Positions 1 through 13,318 of a DNA stretch of 64,000 bases are shown here, piece after piece. Position 1 is the stretch's first letter. Every line of letters starts with the position of its first letter. Where the stretch lies: positions 1-64,000 of the forward strand of contig CAVSFC010000002.1 of assembly GCA_963727255.1 (NCBI GenBank). The letters run 5' to 3'. The notes below the pieces were generated by a model that was given only the letters and a program-made list of their open reading frames with translations, ran no database searches and was not told the origin of the DNA. A program made the position numbers and the translations under genes. Source of the DNA: an uncultured bacterium (GTDB lineage: Bacteria > Babelota > Babeliae > Babelales > Vermiphilaceae).

Positions 1-1082
1 AGAATCTCATTAAACTCATCGGAGCAATAGGTATGCCAGTAAAGCACCACATCAGAAGGTTTTATGGTCCCATTTTTAGCATCATGCATGAGCGCTGCAA
101 TCGTTTTTGCCGTATATGATTCATCGAGCACAATTTTTTCTAGTTCAAGCAATAGTTTCTCTGCATGATTGCCCTGGGGGGTAGCAATGCCAAACCCGTG
201 ACCATAAAATGCGGTAATCACTTCAATTTCTTCCGGCTTCCATGAAAAACGTGGAAATGTTGGTTCAATTTCATGCAAAAAATCATTGGTCTGTTGGATC
301 ATCGTGCATAATTTTTCTAAGGTATATTTTTTAGGATCAGCGACTTGTATCGGCTTTACTTTTGTTTTCAGCCCAGCGGCTTTAATACCGAGCATTATTC
401 CTGCGGTAGTTCCCATACTTCCATAAGAGATATAGATATAATCCGGTTCTGGCATTAATCCTTGCTCGATTTGCGCTTTTAGTTCAAACACCGCATTAAC
501 CCAACCAATCACGCCGAGCTTATTTGATGATCCCATGGGAATTACATACGGATCCAGATCGAGATTATTATTTTTTAAAAATTCTTGTAATTCATCCGGT
601 GCCAATTCACGATTTTGCGGGCAGAGAAATATCTTGCAACCATAATACTGATCAAGCATTAAATTTCTTTTGAGATTCGCAACCAGCGGCTGATCCATCA
701 GTAATGCAATACAATCTAAGCCAAGTTGATTCGCAAAAATTGCGGTCGCAGTAACATTATTGGATGCTACACCGCCATAACAGATAACCGTTTTAAAATT
801 ATTTTTGACAACATCTGCAAGCAAGAATTCAAGCTTGCGCACTTTATTACCGCTAAAAAGTTTTGCGCATACATCTTCCCGTTTTATAAATAAATTTTGC
901 AAATTAAGATAGTTGCCAAAATTATTTAATTTCTCAATCGGCGTCGGCCAAATTCCAAGCTGGGTGTGCGCAAGAGAATTTTTAAATGTTGGATATTCTT
1001 TAAACAGCTGAATTTCGGCATTAGTTTGCAATGATCCCATAATCCCTAATCCCATCATATACAATTTAATTCGCCCCAACAT
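1..1082 (-). CDS. PLP-dependent D-cysteine desulfhydrase / ACC-deaminase family protein (3' end runs off window)
   Basis: Manual translation (absent from the ORF track): ATG at 1082 after an AAGGAG RBS; MLGRIKLYMMGLGIMGSLQ...WPTPIEKL...KREDVCAKLFSGNKVRKLEFLLAD (PLP-lysine motif) ...VVLYWHTY; open to position 1. Confidence 0.85.
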   Translation of the reverse strand, partial: MLGRIKLYMMGLGIMGSLQTNAEIQLFKEYPTFKNSLAHTQLGIWPTPIEKLNNFGNYLNLQNLFIKREDVCAKLFSGNKVRKLEFLLADVVKNNFKTVICYGGVASNNVTATAIFANQLGLDCIALLMDQPLVANLKRNLMLDQYYGCKIFLCPQNRELAPDELQEFLKNNNLDLDPYVIPMGSSNKLGVIGWVNAVFELKAQIEQGLMPEPDYIYISYGSMGTTAGIMLGIKAAGLKTKVKPIQVADPKKYTLEKLCTMIQQTNDFLHEIEPTFPRFSWKPEEIEVITAFYGHGFGIATPQGNHAEKLLLELEKIVLDESYTAKTIAALMHDAKNGTIKPSDVVLYWHTYCSDEFNEI

Positions 1083-1186
1083 TAAGAATACTCCTTTAAT
1101 AAATAAAACAGTAGAGAATACTTGAGTATACGCAATAAAAAAGCCCCGAACAATGCGGCGCTACTAATTTTTACTTACAAAAGATA

Positions 1187-1801
1187 TTAATCATTTTCAT
1201 TTTCTGAATAGTTTCTTGAACCAGGGAATTTCTGACTAACATAACTCGTAAATTGATTTAATTTTGGTTTTACCGCAACATATGCACCAATTGTTACGAG
1301 AGAGGAGAATGCGGCTGATTTGCTGCCATCAGCAGTTATTGCCAATTTATCAAGTCCCAACGCACCATATTGAGCAATAAAGCCTTTTGGACCTGACACG
1401 GCATCGGTTTGAATTGCTTGTCCCAGCATCGCAAGAAATGGAGCTGCTATTCCCATTTCTACCAAGGTTTGGGAGTTTTCTGGGCTAATATATGATAATC
1501 CAAGACAAATTGAAAATGCGCCAATTCCTACGCCTAACCCAGTATCTTGTAAGAAAGCAAAATTCTGATTCGCCCAAGCTGCTAAAGCTCCGCCAATCGC
1601 AATTATTCCTAACCCGGCAAGGAGATTTGATTTTGCCTCTTCTTTTTTCTGCTGTTTGACTACTTCTTTCAAATCAGCAATCGCTTTTGCATCTTGTTTT
1701 AGTTCTTCTTTTAAATGATGCTTTGACTCAGCAACCATGAATGAAGAACAAGACATTGACGCAACAAGGCATCCGAGTGTTAACTGCTTAAAATATTGCA
1801 T
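1187..1801 (-). CDS. Hypothetical secreted/membrane protein (signal peptide, charged coiled-coil, hydrophobic segments)
   Basis: 204-aa ORF with AAGGA RBS, N-terminal hydrophobic stretch, K/E-rich helix then Gly/Ala-rich hydrophobic segments. Confidence 0.7.
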   Translation of the reverse strand: MQYFKQLTLGCLVASMSCSSFMVAESKHHLKEELKQDAKAIADLKEVVKQQKKEEAKSNLLAGLGIIAIGGALAAWANQNFAFLQDTGLGVGIGAFSICLGLSYISPENSQTLVEMGIAAPFLAMLGQAIQTDAVSGPKGFIAQYGALGLDKLAITADGSKSAAFSSLVTIGAYVAVKPKLNQFTSYVSQKFPGSRNYSENEND

Positions 1802-1897
1802 ATGTATTCCTTTAAATATACATTAAAACTTCTATTAAAACTCACGTTATTATGCGCATACTATTGTAAGCACTGCAAGTTTAGATGTTTTGCAATA

Positions 1898-2803
1898 TTA
1901 ATCAAGTTGACTGAGTGCAATATCAAGCGGTTCAAATTGACGCCAATCTTTAAAATCAAAATGCCACCATTCAGTTTTAACCCCAACAAATCCATATTTT
2001 TGCATGATGGTATCAAGCAATTGCCGATTCTTTTTTACTTCATTAGAAAGACCCGCATAATCACGCCATGCTTTTTTACTAAATTCGTCAAAGGTGGTAC
2101 CCATATCCAATTCTTTGCCGGTTGCTAGATCAATAATGGTCAGATCAACGGTAGTGCCACGCGTATGTCTGCCTCCACCGTTAACGGGGTTCAAGACATA
2201 TTGTTCACGCTCTTTTTCATCAGGAAACTGTTTTGCACAGGCATCCCACATCTTTTTTTGTGCTGAAAGTGGCCGATAGCCATCCCAAATTTTAAGACCC
2301 AAGCCTTTTGGATGTTCTTTACTTATCATTTTGGCAAGCTCTTTCTGCACAGCATCTAAACGCAATGCAACATCACGCAGCAGATAACATTTGCAACAAT
2401 CGTATATAATTTCGTGCGTAAAATTATCGGGGGTTGCATACGCAAGCGCGATGCAAAAAGTAGGATTAATTTTTTGAATATTGACTAAGTTATTTTTTAC
2501 TGTTGCAGATATATATGATATTTGCAGTAAAAGCAGTACTAAAACCCTTTCGCTCCCCAGCTTTCGCTTATTCCGTTCGTGCTGAGCTTGTCGAAGCATG
2601 CATCCCTCGACGCTCGAGAGTAAACGCTTCCTTCCGCTCATCCTGAGTAGAAATCGAAGATCTCGTATCGAAGGACGGCGGGCAGGCAGAGCGAAGTGCG
2701 GAGCACGAAGTCGAGAATTCTTTTCACATTTCTCGACTCGGGATAAATCCCTCGCTCGAAACGAATGGTTAATAATTTTTTGTATAAGCTCGAACTTTTT
2801 CAT
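1898..2803 (-). CDS. ddpX: D-alanyl-D-alanine dipeptidase (M15D, VanX/DdpX family) with palindromic-repeat insert in its N-terminus
   Basis: Motifs YATPDNF, WDGYRP, RHTRGTTVDLT, DMGTTFDEF, EWWHF; GAGGA RBS upstream of ATG 2803. Confidence 0.85.
   Translation of the reverse strand: MKKFELIQKIINHSFRARDLSRVEKCEKNSRLRAPHFALPARRPSIRDLRFLLRMSGRKRLLSSVEGCMLRQAQHERNKRKLGSERVLVLLLLQISYISATVKNNLVNIQKINPTFCIALAYATPDNFTHEIIYDCCKCYLLRDVALRLDAVQKELAKMISKEHPKGLGLKIWDGYRPLSAQKKMWDACAKQFPDEKEREQYVLNPVNGGGRHTRGTTVDLTIIDLATGKELDMGTTFDEFSKKAWRDYAGLSNEVKKNRQLLDTIMQKYGFVGVKTEWWHFDFKDWRQFEPLDIALSQLD
2572..2768. repeat. Composite palindromic (REP/RPE-like) element inside the ddpX 5' coding region
   Basis: GC-rich island containing CCGTTCGTGCTGAGCTTGTCGAAG, CCGCTCATCCTGAG, hairpin GTCGAGAA..TTCTCGAC and CTCGCTCGAAACGAATGG; sub-motifs recur at 7821-7845, 47471-47549 and 63477-63596. 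Confidence 0.7.
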
Positions 2804-2854
2804 ACATCCTCAAAATAATTGCAAATTAAGAACTCATTTTTTTACACTCATGGC

Positions 2855-3775
2855 ATGAAGACTCGCGTATTACTCTGTATAGTATTATTTTTCTGCAGTA
2901 AATGTGAACCCTCTGCTATTACCTATGAATTAAATGGAGGCAGGCTCGGCGACAACTTAAGCACGTATTGCAAAGCAAAATGGTTTTCCTATAAATACCA
3001 AATTCCTCTTTTATATAAGCCGTTTGAATACTCAAATCAACTGACCTTGCATCAATTAGAAACTCCTTATAATCCTGACATGCTTTCACAATTTGATGCA
3101 GTAATTAAAGTAAAAAATGAAGAAGATATTAAAAAAAATATACATAAGAATGTATTATTCGTAAGCAATTTTTACTCGCAAACACCGGGGCTTTATGAAT
3201 TGGGATTTATTGATCTTGATTTTGCGCGAATTATAAAAGAAGCACTATCCCCGTTTGCAAGCACCGATTCGATTGAAAAATCAGATACGGTGATAACCGT
3301 TGCCTTGCATGTGCGCAAAGGCGGGGGCTTTGATGCGCCGCTCGCATCAGGGCAGATCGCTAAAAAAGGGGCGCAATACGCTGATCAACAATGGCCAACA
3401 AAATTTCCACCCGACCAATATTATGTTGATCAACTGAGAACAATCAGAAAACTTATCGGAAATGAGAGACGTATGATCATCTATTTATTTACCGATGATC
3501 CGGATCCGGAAAAGCTTGCACGACTATACCAAGAGAATCTTAGTGATAGCAATGTAGAATTTAGATATCGCACCAGTGGCAACAGCCATGATAGCAATGT
3601 GGTTGAAGATTTTTATTCGATGGCCCAATGCGATTGCCTGATTCGCTCGAGCTCTTTACTGGCAAAAGCAGCCCAATTATTGGGAAATCATCAGATCATC
3701 ATGCATCCCATTCAAGGAAAATGGGCTGATGATAAAGTAATCATCAACCCAGTAGGAATTATTATTCGGGAGTGA
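2855..3775 (+). CDS. GT11-like (alpha-1,2-fucosyltransferase-like) glycosyltransferase with signal peptide
   Basis: GGRLGDNL, ALHVRKG, YLFTDD, DFYSMAQCDCLIRSSS; paralogous to 45739, 47621 and 60766; likely start ATG 2855 (MKTRVLLCIVLFF). Confidence 0.7.
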   Translation: MKTRVLLCIVLFFCSKCEPSAITYELNGGRLGDNLSTYCKAKWFSYKYQIPLLYKPFEYSNQLTLHQLETPYNPDMLSQFDAVIKVKNEEDIKKNIHKNVLFVSNFYSQTPGLYELGFIDLDFARIIKEALSPFASTDSIEKSDTVITVALHVRKGGGFDAPLASGQIAKKGAQYADQQWPTKFPPDQYYVDQLRTIRKLIGNERRMIIYLFTDDPDPEKLARLYQENLSDSNVEFRYRTSGNSHDSNVVEDFYSMAQCDCLIRSSSLLAKAAQLLGNHQIIMHPIQGKWADDKVIINPVGIIIRE

Positions 3776-3777
3776 AA

Positions 3778-4158
3778 TTATTTATCAAGCAACTCAACAA
3801 TCTGAAATTTATTACCATCAACATCGGTAAAAAATAACATTTTTACATGGCCCGGCACTGCAACAATATCACCAAGAAGTGTAACCCCTTTTTTTTCAAA
3901 TTCAGCTTTTGCTTCCATAATATCATCAACGGTAAAAGTGATGATTGCATTTTGGCCAGGCTGAACTTCATTGCCGTATTGCGGATTAAATTGGCCAACC
4001 CCAAGCGCTGAACCGCCATCTTTTGCTACTAATTCAACCCATCCATATTCGGGTGTATCGGTGCGGACTTCAAGACCGACCACTTCAGTGAAAAATTTTT
4101 TTGCTTTTTTAACATCGGATACCGTGATCCATGCCATATCTGAACGTTTTGCAATCAT
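3778..4158 (-). CDS. VOC / glyoxalase-bleomycin resistance family protein
   Basis: ITVSDVKKAKKFFTEVVGL...ITFTVDDI...FFTDVDGNKFQIVE pattern. Confidence 0.85.
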   Translation of the reverse strand: MIAKRSDMAWITVSDVKKAKKFFTEVVGLEVRTDTPEYGWVELVAKDGGSALGVGQFNPQYGNEVQPGQNAIITFTVDDIMEAKAEFEKKGVTLLGDIVAVPGHVKMLFFTDVDGNKFQIVELLDK

Positions 4159-4244
4159 AATAAGAACCCCTTATTTGCCTTCCAAGCGATTTCTTGATAC
4201 ACACTGCTTTTTAAATTCAGCATTGATCTTAATGAGTTAAAATA

Positions 4245-4275
4245 AAAAGGCCCCGAGATTTACTCTCGAGGCCTT
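4245..4275 (-). terminator. Rho-independent terminator of the rRNA operon
   Basis: AAGGCCCCGAGA/TCTCGAGGCCTT hairpin followed by a T-run on the minus strand, directly after 5S. Confidence 0.75.
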
Positions 4276-4280
4276 ATATA

Positions 4281-4397
4281 ACCTGGCAGTATCTACCTTT
4301 CCAGTCCGTCACCAGACAAGTATTCTCGACGCATGCAGACTTTACTTCCGTATTCGGAATGGGAACGGGTGTTTCCCTGCAGCTATACCCACCAGAA
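4281..4397 (-). rRNA. rrf: 5S rRNA
   Basis: Minus strand TTCTGGTGG...ACACCCGTTCCCATTCCGAATACGGAAGTAAAG...GGTAGATACTGCCAGG; ends approximate. Confidence 0.93.
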
Positions 4398-4545
4398 ATT
4401 TTTCATAAATTTTTCTTGTGTCCGGGTTAACTATACTTTCATATAGCTAACACCCAACAGTATCATTTTAACTATACACAAATGTATATGATTAAAATGG
4501 AATTGTAAATTAAGTACTCGAGCGTAGTAATCAGCGTAATTTTAA

Positions 4546-7565
<3,020 letters not shown>

Positions 7566-7586
7566 AATTTGCTGGTTACCCATTTA

Positions 7587-7621
7587 GCTTGAGTACTTAA
7601 TTTACAAAAATTTCAAAGAAC
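7587..7621 (-). promoter_or_regulatory. 23S processing-stem arm and boxA-like antitermination motif
   Basis: GCTTGAGTACTTAATTTACAA is complementary to 4503-4523 (one G-U pair); GTTCTTTGAAA at 7611-7621 (minus), with a second copy at 9752-9762 in the 16S leader. Confidence 0.65.
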
Positions 7622-7820
7622 ACAAGAATAATTTTTTATTACTACTCGTAAATTTAATTTATGAAAATTATACATGAAAAAAACAATTTTGCAAGATTCT
7701 GTTTAATGAATTGCCCTACTTGCTATGGAGCTTTGAAGGGCATACCATGCTTAGCATAATAAGCCAAACACAGAGAAATAAAAGGCGCATTCATTACATT
7801 TTGCTAGCGAACCAAACATT

Positions 7821-7845
7821 CTTCGACAAGCTCAGCATGAGCGAA
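7821..7845. repeat. REP-like repeat half-site in the rRNA spacer
   Basis: CTTCGACAAGCTCAGCA is the exact reverse complement of TGCTGAGCTTGTCGAAG at 2580-2596. Confidence 0.6.
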
Positions 7846-7856
7846 TCTATGAAGAC

Positions 7857-7932
7857 TGGTGGAGGCGAGCGGATTCGAACCGCTGACCTTCCGCGTGCAA
7901 AACGGACGCTCTACCAACTGAGCTACGCCCCC
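7857..7932 (-). tRNA. tRNA-Ala(TGC)
   Basis: GGGGGCGTAGCTCAGTTGGTAGAGCG-TCCGT TT TGC AC GCGGA...GGTTCGAATCC...CCTCCACCA; G3:U70 pair, encoded CCA. Confidence 0.97.
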
Positions 7933-7975
7933 TTTATTTTTCACCCAAAAACTCATTGAGTTAAAGCACCAAAAT

Positions 7976-8052
7976 TGGTGGGCCTAAGTCGACTCGAACG
8001 ACTGACCTCCCCGTTATCAGCGGGGTGCTCTAACCACCTGAGCTACAGGCCC
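7976..8052 (-). tRNA. tRNA-Ile(GAT)
   Basis: GGGCCTGTAGCTCAGGTGGTTAGAGCA-CCCCG CT GAT AA CGGGG...TTCGAGT...GGCCCACCA. Confidence 0.97.
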
Positions 8053-8141
8053 AGAATCTAGAGCCCTACCAGCTCTATATAAAAGTCAAACACACCTGTT
8101 AAAAAAGAACCGAAGCTCTTTTTATAGGTTCATCTCCCTCG

Positions 8142-9686
<1,545 letters not shown>

Positions 9687-9825
9687 AAAATATATAATAT
9701 ATTGTTTTGGACTCTCAAAAGAACTGGTAGGTAATTTGTTTTTCTTATGTATTTCAAAGAAACTTAACTTTTTTCGAAACTTATTTTGATGTTTCGACCG
9801 ATTTATTTAATCGAAGACAGGTAAA

Positions 9826-9853
9826 ATTATACAGGCATTCATAAGAGAGTCAA
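9826..9853 (-). promoter_or_regulatory. Sigma70 rRNA promoter
   Basis: TTGACT-16 nt-TATAAT with an AT-rich UP-like tract upstream, ~140 nt before 16S. Confidence 0.8.
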
Positions 9854-10344
9854 CACTTTTTTAAAAATATTATTAACTTTTTTTAAGTTGCCCCTCAAAG
9901 CTAAATCCATTTTAATTGAAAAAATGAATTTTATAATCTTTGATATGCTGAACTAGTCATGCATATCGCAATTTTGCCACCAGAATCGCCCGAGTACATT
10001 TTACTTTGATAAAATATCCCCATAAACGCCACTATTTTCTTCCATTTTTGGTTTTTCTAAGTGTTTTACGGTATATGTGCACTCGCATGAATTCTAAACA
10101 GCTGCCGGCCAGAGATTCTCTAAGCCCCTAACTGCCCTTCGAGCCCAAGGGGTAGTAGAAGATAAAGACCTATATATATATAGGATTATAAAATAGCTAA
10201 TTGGGGCCATATGTCAAAAAAATCAAAAAAACTGCTATAGTGAAATACAGAATAAATGACTCTTTGAGCCCATGCCTTGCCCTTAAAAAAGCTTATTGGC
10301 AAGCAAGCTAGGCGCAAACTCAATGCATGAACGGAAAAAAAACA

Positions 10345-11433
10345 ATGCTTTATGATGAATTACAAGAACAGTTGAAAAATTTGGCCCCTGATATCACCAT
10401 CATCAGAAATTTCTGGGAAAAAGGTCCTCTTGAAAAAAGATTTCAAGATCTTGAACAAGTAACGGTGCAGGAGGATTTCTGGAAAAATCCCCAACAAGCG
10501 GAACTTCTTAAAGAGCTTCAGCGAATCAAACAGATGCGGGAAAATTATCTGTATATTACCCGCAGCAATTCAGAAATTGCCGAACTGCTGGACATGTTCA
10601 AAGATGATGAGTCGGAATTAAAAAAACTTGCCGGAGAAATTAAAGCGCTCACTAAAGCAGTTGCCGCTTTCAAAATTAACATACTGCTTTCAAAGCCCGA
10701 GGATACCTCCGACGCATTTTTAACGATAAATTCTGGTGCTGGCGGCACTGAATCGCAAGATTGGGCGGAGATACTTTTACGCATGTATGTTCGATTTTGT
10801 GAGCGAGAAGGATTTGCCGTAGATATGCTCGATTATCAAGCGGGAGAAGGGGCGGGAATAAAATCAGCAACCCTCTTCATTCGCGGCAAAAATGTATATG
10901 GCCTTTTAAAAGGCGAACAAGGGATTCATAGATTAGTACGCATTTCTCCTTTTGATGCAAATAAACGCCGGCATACCTCATTTGCTGCCGTCACGGTAGC
11001 GCCGGAAGTTCCTGAACAAGAAATTGTGATCGATCCAGGCGATTTGCGCATTGATACCTATCGCTCAGGAGGAGCAGGTGGTCAGCATGTGAATAAGACA
11101 GAATCTGCAATCCGTATTACCCATATTCCAAGCGGGGTTGTGGTGCAATGCCAAACTGAACGTTCGCAAGCTCAGAATAAAGAAACTGCCATGAAAATGC
11201 TCAAGGCTAAACTTGTGCAAAAGCAAAAAGAAGAACAAGAGGCAAAGCAGGCAAGCATTGAGAAAAAGAAGATCGAATGGGGATCTCAAATTCGTTCATA
11301 TGTATTGCATCCTTATAAGATGGTCAAAGATCATCGCACTGATTATGAATCCCCACAACCTGATTTAGTACTTGATGGTGCAATTATGGATTTTATTGAG
11401 AGCTATTTAATCTGGGCTACTTCTAATCATTAG
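10345..11433 (+). CDS. prfB: Peptide chain release factor 2 (no internal frameshift)
   Basis: GAGGTESQDWA, RISPFD (SPF motif), SGGAGGQHVN (GGQ), WGSQIRSYV; start 10345 or 10327. Confidence 0.95.
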   Translation: MLYDELQEQLKNLAPDITIIRNFWEKGPLEKRFQDLEQVTVQEDFWKNPQQAELLKELQRIKQMRENYLYITRSNSEIAELLDMFKDDESELKKLAGEIKALTKAVAAFKINILLSKPEDTSDAFLTINSGAGGTESQDWAEILLRMYVRFCEREGFAVDMLDYQAGEGAGIKSATLFIRGKNVYGLLKGEQGIHRLVRISPFDANKRRHTSFAAVTVAPEVPEQEIVIDPGDLRIDTYRSGGAGGQHVNKTESAIRITHIPSGVVVQCQTERSQAQNKETAMKMLKAKLVQKQKEEQEAKQASIEKKKIEWGSQIRSYVLHPYKMVKDHRTDYESPQPDLVLDGAIMDFIESYLIWATSNH

Positions 11434-12653
11434 CTGGGAAAAGCCTTCGATAAAAGATATCGCTCGATTGGCACCTCTCGGGCATGCCGTTCTTGGGCAT
11501 CCGCACACATTTTTTTAGGAACTTGCAGATCAATGCGAAAGGCTGATTTAGCAAAAATTTCATAGCGTATCCGCTCATATAACTCTTTTTCAACAAAAAG
11601 AATATCCGATGGATAGGGAATTTGGCAGGCAATATACGCATACATAAATGCAAGATCAAAAATATTATGATTAATATAATATCCGGCAACTCGCACCAAT
11701 GGTTCTGCACGGGTAGGGCGCAAAATAAACGCATTCAAATAATGCTGCAGCGCATGCGCCCAATCAGAAGTTCCTAAAGGTATCATTTTCTCGCATAAAA
11801 CTCCTAATCGGTAATGTGCCATATAATCTTCTTCATCAAACCCTTTCAGCTCAGTGCGCTTCAGATAAAAGTGATATGCACTTTCAAATTCATTTAAACA
11901 ATCATAGGTTTGTGCCAGATAAAAAATAGTACGAGAATCAGCAGGATTTTTTAGATGCTCATCCAATAAGAGATTTCGATCTCGAAGCCATCTTCTTTTA
12001 CTTTTTTCTAACCCCTGCGGCTTTTCCGGATATTGCAAATAGATTTCTGGTGGAACCAGTACGGCCCCTTTGCCATCCTCGCGAACTGCCTCATGCACTA
12101 CTCCCTCAAAGCAGATATTTTTATGAGCACGGATTAAGCGGGCCACATAAAAATCTAATCCGGTTGATAATATTCTAATAAGACATTTAGTAATATCCTC
12201 TTGCGCAGCATAGTCAAAACAAAATTTTAGAAGCCCCTGGACATCATTTAAATACCATTCCGCATCTACCATCAGCATAAAAACGGCATTAGGATAGTGT
12301 TGTTCTGCTTTACGCAATGCGATATTGCGCGATGTTGAAAAATCGATAAAAGGTTCCTGCTCAATCACATACGTTACATTATATTCTTTGAAAAGTTCCT
12401 GCGCCTTTTCCATGGTCGGGCTCCAGGTTTCCTGCCCGGTATCATATACAAAATAGCTGATGTACTGCCCATTTGGATCAGCTTTGCAATACATCTGCAA
12501 AGTTTGCCTGATTACAGCCTCTTCATCTTTGACCATAATGACAACCACGAGTAACGGGGCTTTCATAGGCAAAACTGATGCTACTATTTCTAGTGAATAG
12601 CATCCAAGCGCAAGCAGGAGACTAGCGCAGTAAAAAAAAGAATTGGTCTTCAT
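11430..12653 (-). CDS. GT2/GT-A glycosyltransferase with C-terminal TPR domain and signal peptide
   Basis: MVKDEE, DTG, FIDFSTSRNIAL, MVDAEW, FEGVVHE, then TPR-like RTIFYLAQTY / AHYRLG / RAEPL. Confidence 0.8.
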   Translation of the reverse strand: MKTNSFFYCASLLLALGCYSLEIVASVLPMKAPLLVVVIMVKDEEAVIRQTLQMYCKADPNGQYISYFVYDTGQETWSPTMEKAQELFKEYNVTYVIEQEPFIDFSTSRNIALRKAEQHYPNAVFMLMVDAEWYLNDVQGLLKFCFDYAAQEDITKCLIRILSTGLDFYVARLIRAHKNICFEGVVHEAVREDGKGAVLVPPEIYLQYPEKPQGLEKSKRRWLRDRNLLLDEHLKNPADSRTIFYLAQTYDCLNEFESAYHFYLKRTELKGFDEEDYMAHYRLGVLCEKMIPLGTSDWAHALQHYLNAFILRPTRAEPLVRVAGYYINHNIFDLAFMYAYIACQIPYPSDILFVEKELYERIRYEIFAKSAFRIDLQVPKKMCADAQERHAREVPIERYLLSKAFPS

Positions 12654-12692
12654 TATCGTTAAATCCAGGAGCTTCTTTGAGCGTGTCTATAT

Positions 12693-13304
12693 TTAAAAAC
12701 GATACCCGATGCCACCACCAAAAATTGCACCACTCACCGATGATTTTAGCGGAACTACCGGGCCGGTTGGCGCAAGCGCAAGTTTTGATTTAACGCGCGC
12801 AAAAGAATAATCAATAAACAGATCCAGGAAAAAATTACATGAAAAATTAATATATGCTCCTACTTTTGCAATACCGCCAAATCCCCATTTGGTTATTTTC
12901 GGTATCACAAATGCAGAAAGATCATGCGTATGCACACGAATTGGTTGGAATCCCAGACCTATATAGAAATCAGTATTATCAAACCAGCAGGATGGCATAA
13001 AATATTTTACTCCAATACCAATCGGCAACAATGAAACTTTGGTAGGAGTTCCTAAGCCGATCGAAAGGCCTTTTTTGCTCAAATAATCCACACTCAAAAA
13101 TCCATACCAGTGCTCATTGCACTCAGAAAGTTGAACCGTGAGTTCCGGTCCATATAATGCGCCGCCTTTATAAATATGCTTAAAGCGGTAACCGGTCGGT
13201 TTAAAATAGGCAGCTTTAAATTCAAGCAATATATCGCGCGCGGTTAGAGTTCCCATAGCAGATATCATAAACAGAAGACTTAATAATTTTTTTGGATCAA
13301 ACAT
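12693..13304 (-). CDS. Small outer-membrane beta-barrel protein
   Basis: Signal peptide, alternating amphipathic strands, C-terminal GGGIGYRF (terminal Phe BAM signal). Confidence 0.8.
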   Translation of the reverse strand: MFDPKKLLSLLFMISAMGTLTARDILLEFKAAYFKPTGYRFKHIYKGGALYGPELTVQLSECNEHWYGFLSVDYLSKKGLSIGLGTPTKVSLLPIGIGVKYFMPSCWFDNTDFYIGLGFQPIRVHTHDLSAFVIPKITKWGFGGIAKVGAYINFSCNFFLDLFIDYSFARVKSKLALAPTGPVVPLKSSVSGAIFGGGIGYRF

Positions 13305-13318
13305 TGTCTATCCTTTTT

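Noticed and set aside
1898..2803. Vancomycin-resistance locus (vanX)
   Set aside because: No vanH/vanA/vanRS neighbours; a stand-alone M15D peptidase
9900..10320. ncRNA, oriC or leader element between the rrn promoter and prfB (CCTATATATATATAGG palindrome, CTTGCC/GGCAAG stem)
   Set aside because: No recognisable RNA family or DnaA-box cluster; the structures are too short to support a call
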